A DNA stretch of 64,000 nt, from assembly GCA_963721655.1 (NCBI GenBank), contig CAVRKH010000012.1, positions 17,518-81,517 of the forward strand, read 5' to 3'. This stretch comes from an uncultured Chloroflexia bacterium. GTDB taxonomy: Bacteria; Chloroflexota; Limnocylindria; Limnocylindrales; CSP1-4. Position 1 is the first letter of the stretch. Every line of letters begins with the position of its first letter. This document shows positions 1 to 10,339 of the stretch, one piece after another. The notes under the pieces are model-generated. The model made no database searches. It was not told where the DNA came from and saw only the letters and a list, made by a program, of their open reading frames with translations. A program made the translations under genes and the position numbers.

Positions 1-1
1 C

Positions 2-275
2 GGCGCTCGCCGACGCATCCAGCCGCTGATCAAGGAGACCGCCGCGGACGCCCACCCCCTCGTCGGGGCATGCAACGATCCGGAGGCGGTCACGGCGGCC
101 CTGGCCGGCGCGGGCTTCGAGGAGATCGAGCTCGAGACCGTCGGCAACCTCGCCCGGGCGTGGGGCCGGCGCCTGCCGACGTTCGCCCTGGGGCTGGCCG
201 GCGACCTGATCGCGCAGGGCAGCCCGAGCCGCCGGTCCACGATCCTCGCGGTCGCGCGGAAGCGCAGGCGCTTGA
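2..275 (+). CDS. C-terminal part of a gene entering from the left edge, possibly a SAM-dependent methyltransferase-like protein
   Basis: Frame-2 translation ...HPLVGACNDPEAVTAALAGAGFEEIE...TILAVARKRR resembles class I methyltransferase C-termini (L..AGFE.IE; final A.K strand). End uncertain: the frame stays open to 832. Confidence 0.3.
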
Positions 276-317
276 CTGCGCTTTTCACGTTCGGCGCGGA
301 AATCACCATTCCCCTGC

Positions 318-336
318 GATGCGACTTCCCGGCATC
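318..336. repeat. 19-bp element GATGCGACTTCCCGGCATC, inverted copy of 720-738
   Basis: Reverse complement GATGCCGGGAAGTCGCATC matches 720-738 GATGCCGGGAAGTTGCATC at 18/19; each copy has self-complementary GATGC...GCATC ends. Confidence 0.85.
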
Positions 337-357
337 AACGGCGTCGGGGCGTCCAGA

Positions 358-606
358 TCACCACCAGCCTCCAGGCGGCCGGCGCGACCCGGGATCCCAT
401 GTGTCCCCGAGCACACCGACCAGGGCCGCGAATCGCCACCAGCGCAGGTTCGCGAGCTTTCCGTTCTCGAGTCGCGAGATGACCGACTGGTCAAGCCCGC
501 ACAGCTTCCCGAGGTGGCGCTGGCTCAGTCCGGCTCGACGCCTCGCCTCGCGAACCGACTCACCGATGGCGGCCATGCCGGCCAGGGACACGCTGGGAAA
601 GTCCAT
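358..606 (-). CDS. Small XRE/Cro-C1 helix-turn-helix protein
   Basis: IGESVREARRRAGLSQRHLGKLCGLDQSVISRLENG is a canonical HTH_3 motif; start MDFPSV chosen within ORF 358..663. Confidence 0.8.
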   Translation of the reverse strand: MDFPSVSLAGMAAIGESVREARRRAGLSQRHLGKLCGLDQSVISRLENGKLANLRWWRFAALVGVLGDTWDPGSRRPPGGWW

Positions 607-719
607 CGAGCCGCGCCCCGCCTTCGGGAACGAGCGTGGCGTGTACATGGCGCATTCGTACATGACGGCGCTTCATCCGGCCTCATCCGCCGATTGCCTC
701 CGCAGCCACCCCACCCAGC

Positions 720-810
720 GATGCCGGGAAGTTGCATCAGAAATGCCGGGAAGTTGCATCCCGGGAGAAGGTGACTTCCCGGCTCGAAGTCCCGGCTCGA
801 GCTCCCCGGC
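720..810. repeat. Cluster of short direct/inverted repeats
   Basis: ATGCCGGGAAGTTGCATC at 721-738 and 743-760, an inverted CTTCCCGG at 775-782, and CCCGGCTCGA at 778-787 and 791-800. Confidence 0.8.
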
Positions 811-859
811 GCATTCGGACCTCTCGTGCTAGCGTCGGTCTGATGGAGAGCAGGACCTG

Positions 860-2947
860 ATGGCGTTTCCGCGTGGTCGCACGCGCGCCGCAACCGGCGG
901 CGCGGCCGGTGGCGGCGGCGGGGGCAGGACCCGAAGCATGGGCGGGGGCATGTGGGGCGGCCCCACCCAGGAGTTCGTCCCGGTGCCGCCGGAGCGGCGC
1001 GACGCGACGATCCGGCGGATCGTCGCCTTCTTCCGTCCGTATCGGTTCCAGGTGCTCGTCGTCCTGGTCGCGATCCTGCTGACCAGCCTGATCGGCCTGG
1101 TGAACCCGCTGTTGCTCGGTGTCCTCCTCGACCAGGTGATCATCGGCGGCGACTACGAGAAGCTGAACCTGTATGTCGGGCTGATGATCGTGCTGCCGAT
1201 CCTGACGGGCCTGATCGGCGTCGGGCAGAGCTACCTCAACAACGTCATCGGCCAGAACGTCATGCAGGACCTGCGGGGGGCGCTCTATGCGCACCTCCAG
1301 AGCATGCCGCTGCGCTTCTTCACCGAGACGCGAACCGGCGAGATCCAGAGCCGCCTGGCCAACGACGTGGGCGGCGTGCAGTCCGTCGTCACCGACACGG
1401 CGAGCTCGATCACCAGCAACCTCGCGATCGCGGTCAGCACGATCATCGCGATGTTCCTGCTGAGCTGGCAGCTGGCCCTGCTGTCACTCGGGCTGCTGCC
1501 GTTCTTCATGTACCTCACCTACCGCGTCGGCAAGGTCCGCCGGGAGGTGTCGACCGAGACCCAGAAGTCCCTCGCCGAGCTCAGCGCGACGACCGAGGAG
1601 ACGCTCAGCGTGTCGGGCATGCTGCTGTCCAAGACGTTCGGCCAGCAGGAGAACTCGATCGCAAAGTTCCGGGCGATCAACGCGAACCTTGCCAGGCTCC
1701 AGATCAGGCAGGCGATGGTCGGGCGCTGGTTCTTCATGATCATCGGGACGATCTTCAGCATCATGCCGGCGTTCGTGTACTGGCTCGCCGGGACGCTCGC
1801 AGCGAATGGCGATCCCAATGCCCCGACCGCCGGCGCGATCGTCGCGTTCACGACCCTCCAGAGCCGCCTGTTCTTTCCCCTCGGCCAGCTGCTCAATGTC
1901 CAGGTCGAGATCCAGGGCTCGCTGGCCCTGTTCGACCGGATCTTCGAATACCTCGGGATGGATTCCGAGATCGTCGACGCGCCCGACGCCGTGGCGCTCG
2001 ACCCGGCAATGGTCCATGGCGGGCTCCGGATGCGCGACGTGTCGTTCCGCTACCCGTCGGCGCCGGTGCCGCCGCCGGTGGTGGTCGACGAGGCCGGCAA
2101 CGGCACGCACGCCGCCGAGGAGCTCGAGGAGCTGGAGGAGCTGGCGGAGGTCACGCCGATCGCCGCGATGGAAGCCGTCGAGGCGGGTGCCTTCGAGCCG
2201 TTCGACAGTGGTGCGCCGCCGATCGAGCTCGTCCAGCCGTTCGCACTCGAGCACATCGACTTCGAGGCGCAACCGGGCGAGCTGGTCGCGCTGGTGGGTC
2301 CGTCCGGCTCGGGCAAGACCACCACGACGTACCTGATCCCGCGGCTGTACGACGTGGACTCCGGCGCGGTCGAGATCGACGGCGTCGATGTCCGGCAGAT
2401 CAAGCTCGCATCGCTCGGCCAGGTGATCGGCGTCGTGACCCAGGAGACGTACCTGTTCCACGCGTCCATCCGCGACAACCTGCACTACGCCAAGCCCGAC
2501 GCCACCGACGCGGAGCTCGAGGTGGCGACGCGCGCCGCGGCGATCCACGACCGCATCGTCGAACTGCCCGAGGGGTACGACACGCTCGTCGGCGAGCGCG
2601 GCTACAAGCTGTCGGGCGGTGAGAAGCAGCGGATCGCCATCGCCCGAGTGTTGCTGAAGGATCCGCGGATCCTCATCCTCGACGAGGCGACCTCCGCGCT
2701 CGACACCGTGTCGGAGCGGCTCATCCAGGCCGCGTTCGAACGCCTGATGGAAGGGCGCACCACGATCGCGATTGCGCACCGCCTGTCGACCATCCTGCGT
2801 GCCGACCGGATCCTCGTCTACGAGCGCGGCCGCATCGTCGAACAGGGCACGCATGCCGAGCTCCTGGCCCGGGGCGGCCTGTACGCCCGCCTGTACCGGG
2901 AGCAGTTCCTGTCCGAGCACCCCGTGGCAAGCGAGGCCGGGGTCTGA
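860..2947 (+). CDS. ABC exporter, fused TMD-NBD (MsbA/YfiB-like)
   Basis: ABC membrane domain, Walker A GPSGSGKT, signature LSGGEKQR, Walker B ILILDEAT, H-loop IAHRLST. Confidence 0.95.
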   Translation: MAFPRGRTRAATGGAAGGGGGGRTRSMGGGMWGGPTQEFVPVPPERRDATIRRIVAFFRPYRFQVLVVLVAILLTSLIGLVNPLLLGVLLDQVIIGGDYEKLNLYVGLMIVLPILTGLIGVGQSYLNNVIGQNVMQDLRGALYAHLQSMPLRFFTETRTGEIQSRLANDVGGVQSVVTDTASSITSNLAIAVSTIIAMFLLSWQLALLSLGLLPFFMYLTYRVGKVRREVSTETQKSLAELSATTEETLSVSGMLLSKTFGQQENSIAKFRAINANLARLQIRQAMVGRWFFMIIGTIFSIMPAFVYWLAGTLAANGDPNAPTAGAIVAFTTLQSRLFFPLGQLLNVQVEIQGSLALFDRIFEYLGMDSEIVDAPDAVALDPAMVHGGLRMRDVSFRYPSAPVPPPVVVDEAGNGTHAAEELEELEELAEVTPIAAMEAVEAGAFEPFDSGAPPIELVQPFALEHIDFEAQPGELVALVGPSGSGKTTTTYLIPRLYDVDSGAVEIDGVDVRQIKLASLGQVIGVVTQETYLFHASIRDNLHYAKPDATDAELEVATRAAAIHDRIVELPEGYDTLVGERGYKLSGGEKQRIAIARVLLKDPRILILDEATSALDTVSERLIQAAFERLMEGRTTIAIAHRLSTILRADRILVYERGRIVEQGTHAELLARGGLYARLYREQFLSEHPVASEAGV

Positions 2948-2949
2948 GC

Positions 2950-3432
2950 GTGTCGATCAAGACCGCCGAGGTGGCCTTCACCGCGGGGCTGCATTTCGAG
3001 GCGGACACCGGCAGCGGCCGGCACTTCGCCTACGACGACGATCCCGACGGTGGCATCGGCCCGCTCGAGAGCGTGCTCAGCTCGCTGGCCGCGTGCACGG
3101 CGATGGACGTGATCTCGATCGCGCTCAAGAAGCGCCAAGGGGTCGAGCGCTACGTCGTCCATGCGCGGGCGGAGCAGCGCGACGAGTACCCGAAGATCTT
3201 CACGCGGATCGATCTCGTCCACGAGGTCGTCGGGTCATCGATCGATACCGAGGCGATCAAGCGCTGTGTCGAGCTGTCGGCGACGAAATACTGCCCGGTC
3301 AGCGCGATGCTCTCCTCGGGCGCCACCGAGATCCACCACGCCTACCGGATCGTGCGCCCCGACCAGCCGGTCGAGGAGGGCGAGGTCCTCGTGACCGGGC
3401 CGTATCGCTCCGCGGACCCGATCGAGTCGTAA
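2950..3432 (+). CDS. OsmC/YhfA family protein
   Basis: GPLE..LSSLAACTAMDV and SATKYCPVSAM, the two conserved Cys motifs. Confidence 0.9.
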   Translation: MSIKTAEVAFTAGLHFEADTGSGRHFAYDDDPDGGIGPLESVLSSLAACTAMDVISIALKKRQGVERYVVHARAEQRDEYPKIFTRIDLVHEVVGSSIDTEAIKRCVELSATKYCPVSAMLSSGATEIHHAYRIVRPDQPVEEGEVLVTGPYRSADPIES

Positions 3433-3442
3433 GCCGTCGCGC

Positions 3443-3973
3443 TCAGCGCGAGGAGAACGGACCCCCGAACGCTTCCTCGGACTTCGTCCCGCGGCCGCGC
3501 GTCCAGAGCGACGTCGCGACCGACGGAACCCACCAGCGCAGGAAGTACAGCCGGCAACCCAGGCAGTAGCCCGTCAACGCGAGCAGGCTCTGCAGCGCGG
3601 CCACGGCAAGCGCGAAGGCCCAGCCGAGCGTGGACCAGCCCACGACGAACGCGAGCAGCGACAGGATCAGCGCGATGCTGCCCAGCGTCTGGGCGAAGCG
3701 CGGCGGGTACTCGTGCTCGGGCTCGGTCTTGCCGAGCCGGGCGATCCGGACGATCCGGCGCCAGATCGCGCCGTAGATCGAGTACTTGAGGCCGAACGCG
3801 GCGCTCGTCCCGATCGAGAGCAGGGCGAGGAACACGCCCGGGACCCACCCAGCCGCGAACGAGGCGATGAGCAGGATCGCCGACAGTCCGGCTCCGAACC
3901 GATGGCCGCGCGGGTCGATCATGCGCGCCGGCGGCAGCGAGGATTCGGCTCCGGCCGGGATGGCGTTCGGCAT
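3443..3973 (-). CDS. DUF4395 family membrane protein
   Basis: IDPRGHRF..., EHEYPPRFAQTLG, AALQSLLALTGYCLGCRLY; this is the C-terminal part of shadow ORF 3443..6877. Confidence 0.85.
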   Translation of the reverse strand: MPNAIPAGAESSLPPARMIDPRGHRFGAGLSAILLIASFAAGWVPGVFLALLSIGTSAAFGLKYSIYGAIWRRIVRIARLGKTEPEHEYPPRFAQTLGSIALILSLLAFVVGWSTLGWAFALAVAALQSLLALTGYCLGCRLYFLRWWVPSVATSLWTRGRGTKSEEAFGGPFSSR

Positions 3974-4124
3974 CGTGGTCTCCTGGGAGCGCGGCGGATC
4001 TGGGGTGGACCGCGGAGGATCGGGACGCGAGGCGGCAGAGACTACCACAACTCCTAGTGGTCTACTAGGGTATGGGCTGTGGGCTGCGTCATCGGTATGC
4101 TGTCCGCCCGTTCGGGGTCTGTTC

Positions 4125-4159
4125 TTGCATGAGTATGCATCGATGTGTATAGTCATACG
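4125..4159 (+). promoter_or_regulatory. sigma70-type promoter overlapped by two tandem ARG boxes
   Basis: -35 TTGCAT 4125-4130, 17-bp spacer, -10 TATAGT 4148-4153. Palindromes TGCAT-GAGT-ATGCA (4126-4139) and TGTAT-AGTC-ATACG (4146-4159) have a 20-bp period, directly upstream of an arg operon containing argR. Confidence 0.85.
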
Positions 4160-4163
4160 AACC

Positions 4164-4229
4164 ATGTCGGCGGTCCCTCCGATCCGAACCGCGAGCCTGC
4201 CCCCCGTGAGGGGCCTGGCACGCCCGTGA
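4164..4229 (+). CDS. Putative 21-aa leader ORF ([21 protein letters not shown])
   Basis: ATG about 10 nt after the -10 box; its TGA overlaps the argC GTG start (GTGA 4226-4229). Confidence 0.4.
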   Translation: MSAVPPIRTASLPPVRGLARP

Positions 4230-5369
4230 GCGTGGGCATCGACGCACCGGCTCCGATCGCGACGGACCGCCCGACTGGCCTCCCCCGCTCCGCTCGCGGC
4301 GTCCCCGCCGACGGCGGGCAGCGGCGCGTCCGCGTCGCGATCGTCGGCGCGACCGGCTACGTGGGCGCCGAGCTCATCCGCATCCTGGCGCGCCACCCGA
4401 ACGTCGAGCTGGTGGGACTGCAGGGCCGCGATCGCGACAACGAGCCGATCGAGGACACGCACCGCCATCTCGCGGGTACGGGCCTGACCGTCGACTCGGC
4501 ACTGCCCGAGGCGGACGCCGTGTTCCTGGCGCTGCCCCACGGGACTGCCGCGGCGCGAGTCCCCGAGATTGCGCGTGACGGGACCGCGGTGATCGACCTT
4601 GGGCCGGACTTCCGGCTGCGCGACCCGGCCGACTACCCGCGCTGGTACGGGTTCGAGCATCCCCACCCGGAGCTCGCGACCGCGGCAACGTACGGGCTGC
4701 CGGAGCTCCACCGCGCCGAGCTCGCGGCCCTCGTCGATGCGCCCGTTGCCATCGTCGGCGCACCGGGCTGCTATCCGACCGCGACGCTCCTGGCGCTCGC
4801 GCCGCTGGCCCGTGCCGGGCTCATCGAAGACCTCGTGGTGGACGCCAAGAGCGGTGTCTCGGGCGCCGGCCGCGACCCGAAGCCGGACATGATGTTCGGC
4901 GAGGTCAACGAGAGCGTGAAGGCGTACGGCATCGGCGGGCATCGCCACGTGGCCGAGATCGAGCAGGAGCTCGCCTCGCTGGGTGGCGACGTGGCGGCCA
5001 ATCCGGGAGCGGTCGGCGTGGACTTCCTGCCTCACCTCATCCCGATGAACCGCGGCATCCTGTCGGCATGCCACGTCCGTGCCACGCGACCGATCAGCCA
5101 GGCCGAGCTCGACCGGCTGTATGCCGAGGCCTATGCAGACGAACCGTTCGTGCGCGTCGTCGCCACCGCCGCCGGCCACCAGGCACGTGACGGGCTCGAA
5201 CGAGGCCCGCGTCCACGTCCATCTCGATGAGCGGACCGGCCGGATCCTCGCGATCGGGGTGATCGACAACCTCGTCAAGGGCGCCGCGGGCCAGGGCGTC
5301 CAGGCATTCAACATCGTCCACGGCCTGCCCGAGACCGCCGGTCTCGAGCAGCTGCCGCTGGCGCCATAG
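4226..5369 (+). CDS. argC: N-acetyl-gamma-glutamyl-phosphate reductase (frameshift ~5170)
   Basis: [42 protein letters not shown]; C-terminus [11 protein letters not shown] lies in a second frame. Confidence 0.93.
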
Positions 5370-5389
5370 CTCCACCGGATCACACGGCG

Positions 5390-6770
5390 ATGACCACCGT
5401 CCATGCGACTCGCCCAATCCCGGAGCTGCCGACGAGCCTCCCACTCGTCGAGCGGCGGGCCGCCCTGCCGGCCGGTTTTGCGGCCGGCGGGGCGGCCATC
5501 GGGATCAAGGCCTCCGGACGGCCCGACCTGGTGCTGATCCGGACGACCGACGGGCCGGCGGCCGCTGCCGCGGTGTTCACGCCGAATGCGTTTGCGGCGG
5601 CGCCCGTGAAGCAGTCGCAGGCGAACCTCGCCGCGACGTCGGGCGATCCGCGTGGACGGCACGGCTGGGCGGAGGTCGTGATCTCGACCAGCGGTTCCGC
5701 CAACGCGGCCACCGGTCCTGCGGGTGACGCGGACCAGGCCGAAATCGGCCGGATCGTCGGCGCGGCCACAGGCGTAGCCGTGGAGCGGGTGCTCCACCTG
5801 TCGACCGGGATCATCGGGACGCGCCTGCCGCTCGACCGGGTGGCCGAGGGCGTCGCCTCGAACCTCCCGGCACTCACCACCGCCGATGCCGGGCTGGCGG
5901 CGGCGGCCGAGGCGCTGCGGACGACCGATTCGGTCACGAAGCTCGCGACGACGAGCGTCGAGCTGCCGGCCAGCCGACGGCGGGACCGTGCGGGTGACGG
6001 TCTCGGGGATCGCCAAGGGCGTCGGGATGATCCACCCGCGGATGGCCACGATGCTCGCCGTCGTCCTGACCGACGCCGCGGTCGAGCCCGCGGTGCTGGC
6101 CGGCCTCCTGCGGCCGGCCGCCGTCCGGACCTGGAACCAGCTCTCGGTCGACGGCGACACGAGCACCAATGACACGGTCTTCGTGCTCGCGTCGGGGAAG
6201 GCCGGCAACCAGGAGCTGAGCGCAGGCACGCCGGCGACGACGGCGCTCGGCGCAGCGATCGAGGCGGTCGCCCGCGACCTGGCACGGCAGCAGGCCGCCG
6301 ACGGCGAGGGTGCGGCAACGTTGATCACCTGCCAGGTGTCCGGAGCCCGCGACGATGCCGAGGCGCGGGCGGTGGCACGGGCGGTGGTGTCGTCGAGCCT
6401 GCTGAAGGCGGCGGTCCACGGCCGCGACCCGAACTGGGGCCGCATCGCAGGCGCGGCGGGGAACGGCGTGCTGGCCGATGCCGCGGTGCTCGAGGCCGGC
6501 GGACTCCCCGCGGATGAGGCGGCGGCACGTGCCGGCAGCCCGGTCGCGCTCGACCCGGACCGGTTGCGGATCGCGATCGCCGGCCATCTCGTGTTCGACG
6601 GCACCGCCGGCGGCCCGGTTGCCTTCGACCGCGCGGCCGCACGCGCGGAGATGGATGACCCGGAGCTCCTGATCCGGCTCGACCTGGGGCTCGGCGGCGG
6701 TACGGGCGAGGCGTTCGGGTGCGACCTCACCGAGCAGTACGTGATCGAGAACAGCGAGTACACGACGTGA
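5390..6770 (+). CDS. argJ: Ornithine acetyltransferase/N-acetylglutamate synthase (frameshift ~5970)
   Basis: SGSANAATG, LSTGIIG, AKGVGMIHPRMATML, SVDGDTSTNDT, ADGEGA, DPNWGRI, GCDLTEQYVIENSEYTT. Confidence 0.95.
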
Positions 6771-7558
6771 GCGAGATTCTCGTCGTCAAACTGGGTGGTA
6801 CGACGATCGCCGAGCAGTCCCAGGTGCTCGAGGAAGTGGCCGCGGTCGCGCGCCAGCGTCCCGTGGTCCTCGTCCACGGTGGCGGCAAGCGGATCACCGA
6901 GTGGCTCGAACGACTCGGCGTTCCCTCGCGCTTCGAGGGCGGCCTGCGGGTCACCGACCCGGCGGCGCTCGAGGTGGCCGCGGCGGTTCTCCGGGGAGTG
7001 GTCAACAGCGAGCTCGTCTCGGGTCTGCGCACCCTCGGCGTCGACGCCGTCGGCCTGTCCGGGGTCGATGGCGGCCTGCTGATCGCGGAGCGCATCCCGG
7101 AGCTCGGGCTCGTCGCACGCATCGTCGGGCTTCGCCGCGACCTCCTCGACGCGATCCTCGTCGGCGGCCAGGTCCCGGTGGTCGCGCCGCTCGCGCGGGA
7201 CGAGGACGGGATCGTCTGCAACGTGAACGCGGACGACGCCGCGGCCGGCATCGCGGCGGGGCTCGGCGCGCGACAGCTCGTGCTGATGACCGACGTCGAC
7301 GGGGTGCGCGACGCGGAGGGCCGGCGGCTCGACACGCTGACCGTCGGCGAGGCCGAGGCGCTCATCGAGAGCGGCGTGATCAAGGGCGGGATGGTCCCGA
7401 AGATCCGGGCTGCCCTGGCCGCCGTCACGTGGGAGGGATCCGAGGCGATCATCGCCGACTCGGCCGCCGAGCGCGCCCTCGAGCGGTCGCTCAGCGAGCA
7501 GACGTTCGGCACCCGGATCACCGCGAGCCGGCCGGCGGCGAACGTGGGCGCGGCGTGA
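6767..7558 (+). CDS. argB: Acetylglutamate kinase
   Basis: VVKLGG, VHGGGKRI, GLRVTD, NVNADDAA, MTDVDGV, GGMVPKI. Confidence 0.95.
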   Translation: MSEILVVKLGGTTIAEQSQVLEEVAAVARQRPVVLVHGGGKRITEWLERLGVPSRFEGGLRVTDPAALEVAAAVLRGVVNSELVSGLRTLGVDAVGLSGVDGGLLIAERIPELGLVARIVGLRRDLLDAILVGGQVPVVAPLARDEDGIVCNVNADDAAAGIAAGLGARQLVLMTDVDGVRDAEGRRLDTLTVGEAEALIESGVIKGGMVPKIRAALAAVTWEGSEAIIADSAAERALERSLSEQTFGTRITASRPAANVGAA

Positions 7559-8100
7559 ACGGCGGCCCGGAGGCGAAGCGGCTTCGCCAGCGACAGATCC
7601 GCCAGCTCGTCACGAGCCGGCCCCTGACCAGCCAGCGCGAGCTCGTCGATGCGCTCGCTGAGCAGGGCTACGACGTCACGCAGGCGACGGTCTCGCGCGA
7701 CATCGGGGAGCTCGGGCTGTTCAAGGCGCCGCGTGGTGGCGCGCACGTCTACGTGGCACCGCAGGACGTGGCGCCCGCGGTCCGGCCGCAGTCCGACGAG
7801 CGCCTCCGGCGGATCCTCGAGGACGTGCCGATCACCGTCGGGCGCAGCGGGCTGATCCTCGTGCTGACCGGCACGCCGGGTACCGCGAGCGTCGTGGCCC
7901 AGGCGATCGACGAGTCGACCCTCCATGAGCAGGAAGGCACCCTCGCGGGCGACAATACGTTGCTCGTCCTGTTCGCCGACGAGGAGCGCCTCGAGCGCTG
8001 GCTCGAGCGGTTCCGCCGGCTGCAGGGCCTCCCCACCCCGGCGTCCATCGTGCCGTCCGAAATGCCCGTCCCAGCCGTTCCCGGAGGTTCCCGCAGATGA
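7555..8100 (+). CDS. argR: Arginine repressor
   Basis: SQRELVDAL...VTQATVSRDIGELG; GTPGTA..VA.AID; GTLAGDNTLLV. Starts at GTG within ORF 6901..8100. Confidence 0.93.
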   Translation: MNGGPEAKRLRQRQIRQLVTSRPLTSQRELVDALAEQGYDVTQATVSRDIGELGLFKAPRGGAHVYVAPQDVAPAVRPQSDERLRRILEDVPITVGRSGLILVLTGTPGTASVVAQAIDESTLHEQEGTLAGDNTLLVLFADEERLERWLERFRRLQGLPTPASIVPSEMPVPAVPGGSRR

Positions 8101-9380
8101 AGAAGGTCGTGCTCGCCTACTCGGGCGGTCTCGACACCTCGGTCGCCGTTGCCTGGCTCAAGGAGCAGTACGGGGCCGAGGTCGTGACGCTCACTGTCGA
8201 CGTCGGTGGCGGTTCGCTGCGCCAGGGCGTCGAGGCGCGGGCGATGTCGGCCGGCGCGTCCCGCGCCTACGTGGTCGACGCGCGCGAGCGCTTCGTGACC
8301 GACTTCGTGTGGCCGCACCTCCAGGCGAACGCGCTCTACCAGGGCGCCTATCCGCTGGCGACGGCGCTGGCCCGGCCGCTCATTGCCCAACTGCTCGTCG
8401 AGGTCGCGGCGAAGGAGAGCGCCGACGCCGTCGCGCACGGCTGCACCGGCAAGGGCAACGACCAGGTCCGCTTCGATGTCGCGACGCACGCCCTGAACCC
8501 GGGGCTCGAGGTCATCGCACCGATGCGCGTCGGGATGGGCCTCACCCGCGACCAGGAGATCGACTACGCCGCCGAGCGCGGGATCGAGATCCCGATCACG
8601 AAGCAGTCGCCCTACTCGATCGACGTCAACCTGTGGGGCCGCTCGTGCGAAACCGGTGTGCTCGAGGACCCGTGGGTCACGCCACCGGCCGACGCCTACG
8701 AGTGGACCGTCGCACCGGCCGATGCGCCCGATCCGATCGAGCTGACGATCGACTTCGAGGGTGGGATCCCGGTTGCGCTCGATGGGGAGCGGCTGCCCCC
8801 GGTCGAGCTCGTCGACCGGTTGCACGAGCTCGGCGGGGCGCACGGCGTCGGGCGCATCGACCACGTCGAGGACCGCCTGGTCGGGATCAAGAGCCGCGAG
8901 ATCTACGAGGCGCCCGCCGCGACGATCCTGCACGAGGCGCATCGCGCGCTCGAAGGGCTGACGCTGACTCGCGACACGCTCCGCTTCAACCGCCTCGTCG
9001 CCGACGAGCTGGCTCGACTCGTCTACGACGGGCTGTGGTTCAGCGCCCTGTCGCGCGACCTGCGCGGCTACGCCGCCTCGTCGCAGCGGGTCGTGTCGGG
9101 CGAGGTCCGCATCCGGCTCGACCACGGGCAGGCGATCGTCAGCGGGCGGCGCTCCCCGCTGTCGCTGTACGACAAGAGCCTCGCCACGTACGACGAGGGT
9201 GACGCGTTCGACCACGCAGCGGCGGTCGGCTTCATCGAGATCTTCGGGTTGCCGCTGCGGGTGGAGGCCGCGCGGCACGGCGCCGTCGGGCGGTTCCACG
9301 GTGCCGCGTGGGCCTGGACCGACCCGCTCCTCGAGGGTCTGCCGACGACCGTCACCGACCCGGAGCCCGCCACCGTCTGA
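8097..9380 (+). CDS. argG: Argininosuccinate synthase
   Basis: VLAYSGGLDTS, HGCTGKGNDQVRF, YSIDVNLWGRS, RLVGIKSREIYEAPA. Confidence 0.97.
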   Translation: MKKVVLAYSGGLDTSVAVAWLKEQYGAEVVTLTVDVGGGSLRQGVEARAMSAGASRAYVVDARERFVTDFVWPHLQANALYQGAYPLATALARPLIAQLLVEVAAKESADAVAHGCTGKGNDQVRFDVATHALNPGLEVIAPMRVGMGLTRDQEIDYAAERGIEIPITKQSPYSIDVNLWGRSCETGVLEDPWVTPPADAYEWTVAPADAPDPIELTIDFEGGIPVALDGERLPPVELVDRLHELGGAHGVGRIDHVEDRLVGIKSREIYEAPAATILHEAHRALEGLTLTRDTLRFNRLVADELARLVYDGLWFSALSRDLRGYAASSQRVVSGEVRIRLDHGQAIVSGRRSPLSLYDKSLATYDEGDAFDHAAAVGFIEIFGLPLRVEAARHGAVGRFHGAAWAWTDPLLEGLPTTVTDPEPATV

Positions 9381-9384
9381 GCGG

Positions 9385-10339
9385 TCAGCCCGGGTTCGGG
9401 CTTTCGACCGATTCCTGGTAGCGCTCGCGCGCTTCGTCGACGGTCAGGACCTCGTCGCCGGTTGGTGGTTCGGCCTCCATGGGCGCACCGTAGTCCTCGA
9501 AGTCGTAGGTCACGACCAGCGCGTCGATGTCCTGGCCCTGGAGCTCCTGCTCGTAACGCGTCCGCGCGATGTGCCCATCCGCGTCGACCCAGACTTCGAG
9601 CTCGTGGGTCAATGGGACGCCGGCGGCATTGAACCCGTTCACGTGCGATTCGTAGGCCGGCAGCAGCGACTCGGGGATGTGCGGGCGCGCCGCCTCGATG
9701 TCGACCTGCGCCACGTAGCGCGTGACTGCCCGGTCGCCGATCGTCTCCTCGCCCGCCGCGTCGGCGCTCGTGACGCCGAGCGGCGCCACCAGCACCAGGG
9801 AGTAGTCGCCGTTCTGGCGAATGAACATGTCCTGTCCCAACGTTCCCGGCTTGATGTCAAGGACGACCCACGTGTGCTCCGGGAGGTAGGGCGCGTCGCG
9901 ACCCCGAGTGAACACGTGCTCGCCGTCGTAGATGACCTCGGACGCAGGCACGGTCCCAGCCACGCCCGGTGACGCGAAGCGGAACTGGCTGGGGTCGCCG
10001 AACGACACCTGGCCCGTGCCGGTCATCGGGGGCAAGGTGTCGTCGGGATCGGCCGAACGGACGTCGACCGCGAAGCGGAGGGTCTCCTCGGCGAGCGTCG
10101 CGAGGGCTGCGTCGAGGACCTCCTGCGCGGGGCCGCCGGGCTCGACGGAGACGGCGGGCGACGGCGCGTGCGAGGCGGCTGCCGAGGACGGTGCTGGGCA
10201 TCGACGGCGCCGCCGAGGGCGCCGCCGGCGATGCAACGGCCGACGAAGAAGGTGACGCAGTCTCGGGAGCCGCGGCGCTGCACGAGGCGAGGGCGAGCGC
10301 CAGACCGAACACCGTGGCGGCGAATCGGAGCTGGCGCAT
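9385..10339 (-). CDS. Lipoprotein, LppX/LprAFG-like (frameshift ~10185)
   Basis: Signal MRQLRFAATVFGLALALASC, Ser/Ala/Pro linker, then beta-rich domain (...GEETIGDRAVTRY...VWVDADGHIAR). Confidence 0.7.

Noticed and set aside
3443-6877. 1144-aa minus-strand ORF and similar long antisense ORFs (e.g. 27704..30058, 30615..32552, 47381..49813)
   Set aside because: Shadow ORFs opposite real genes, typical of very high GC DNA; no motifs except the DUF4395 tail.
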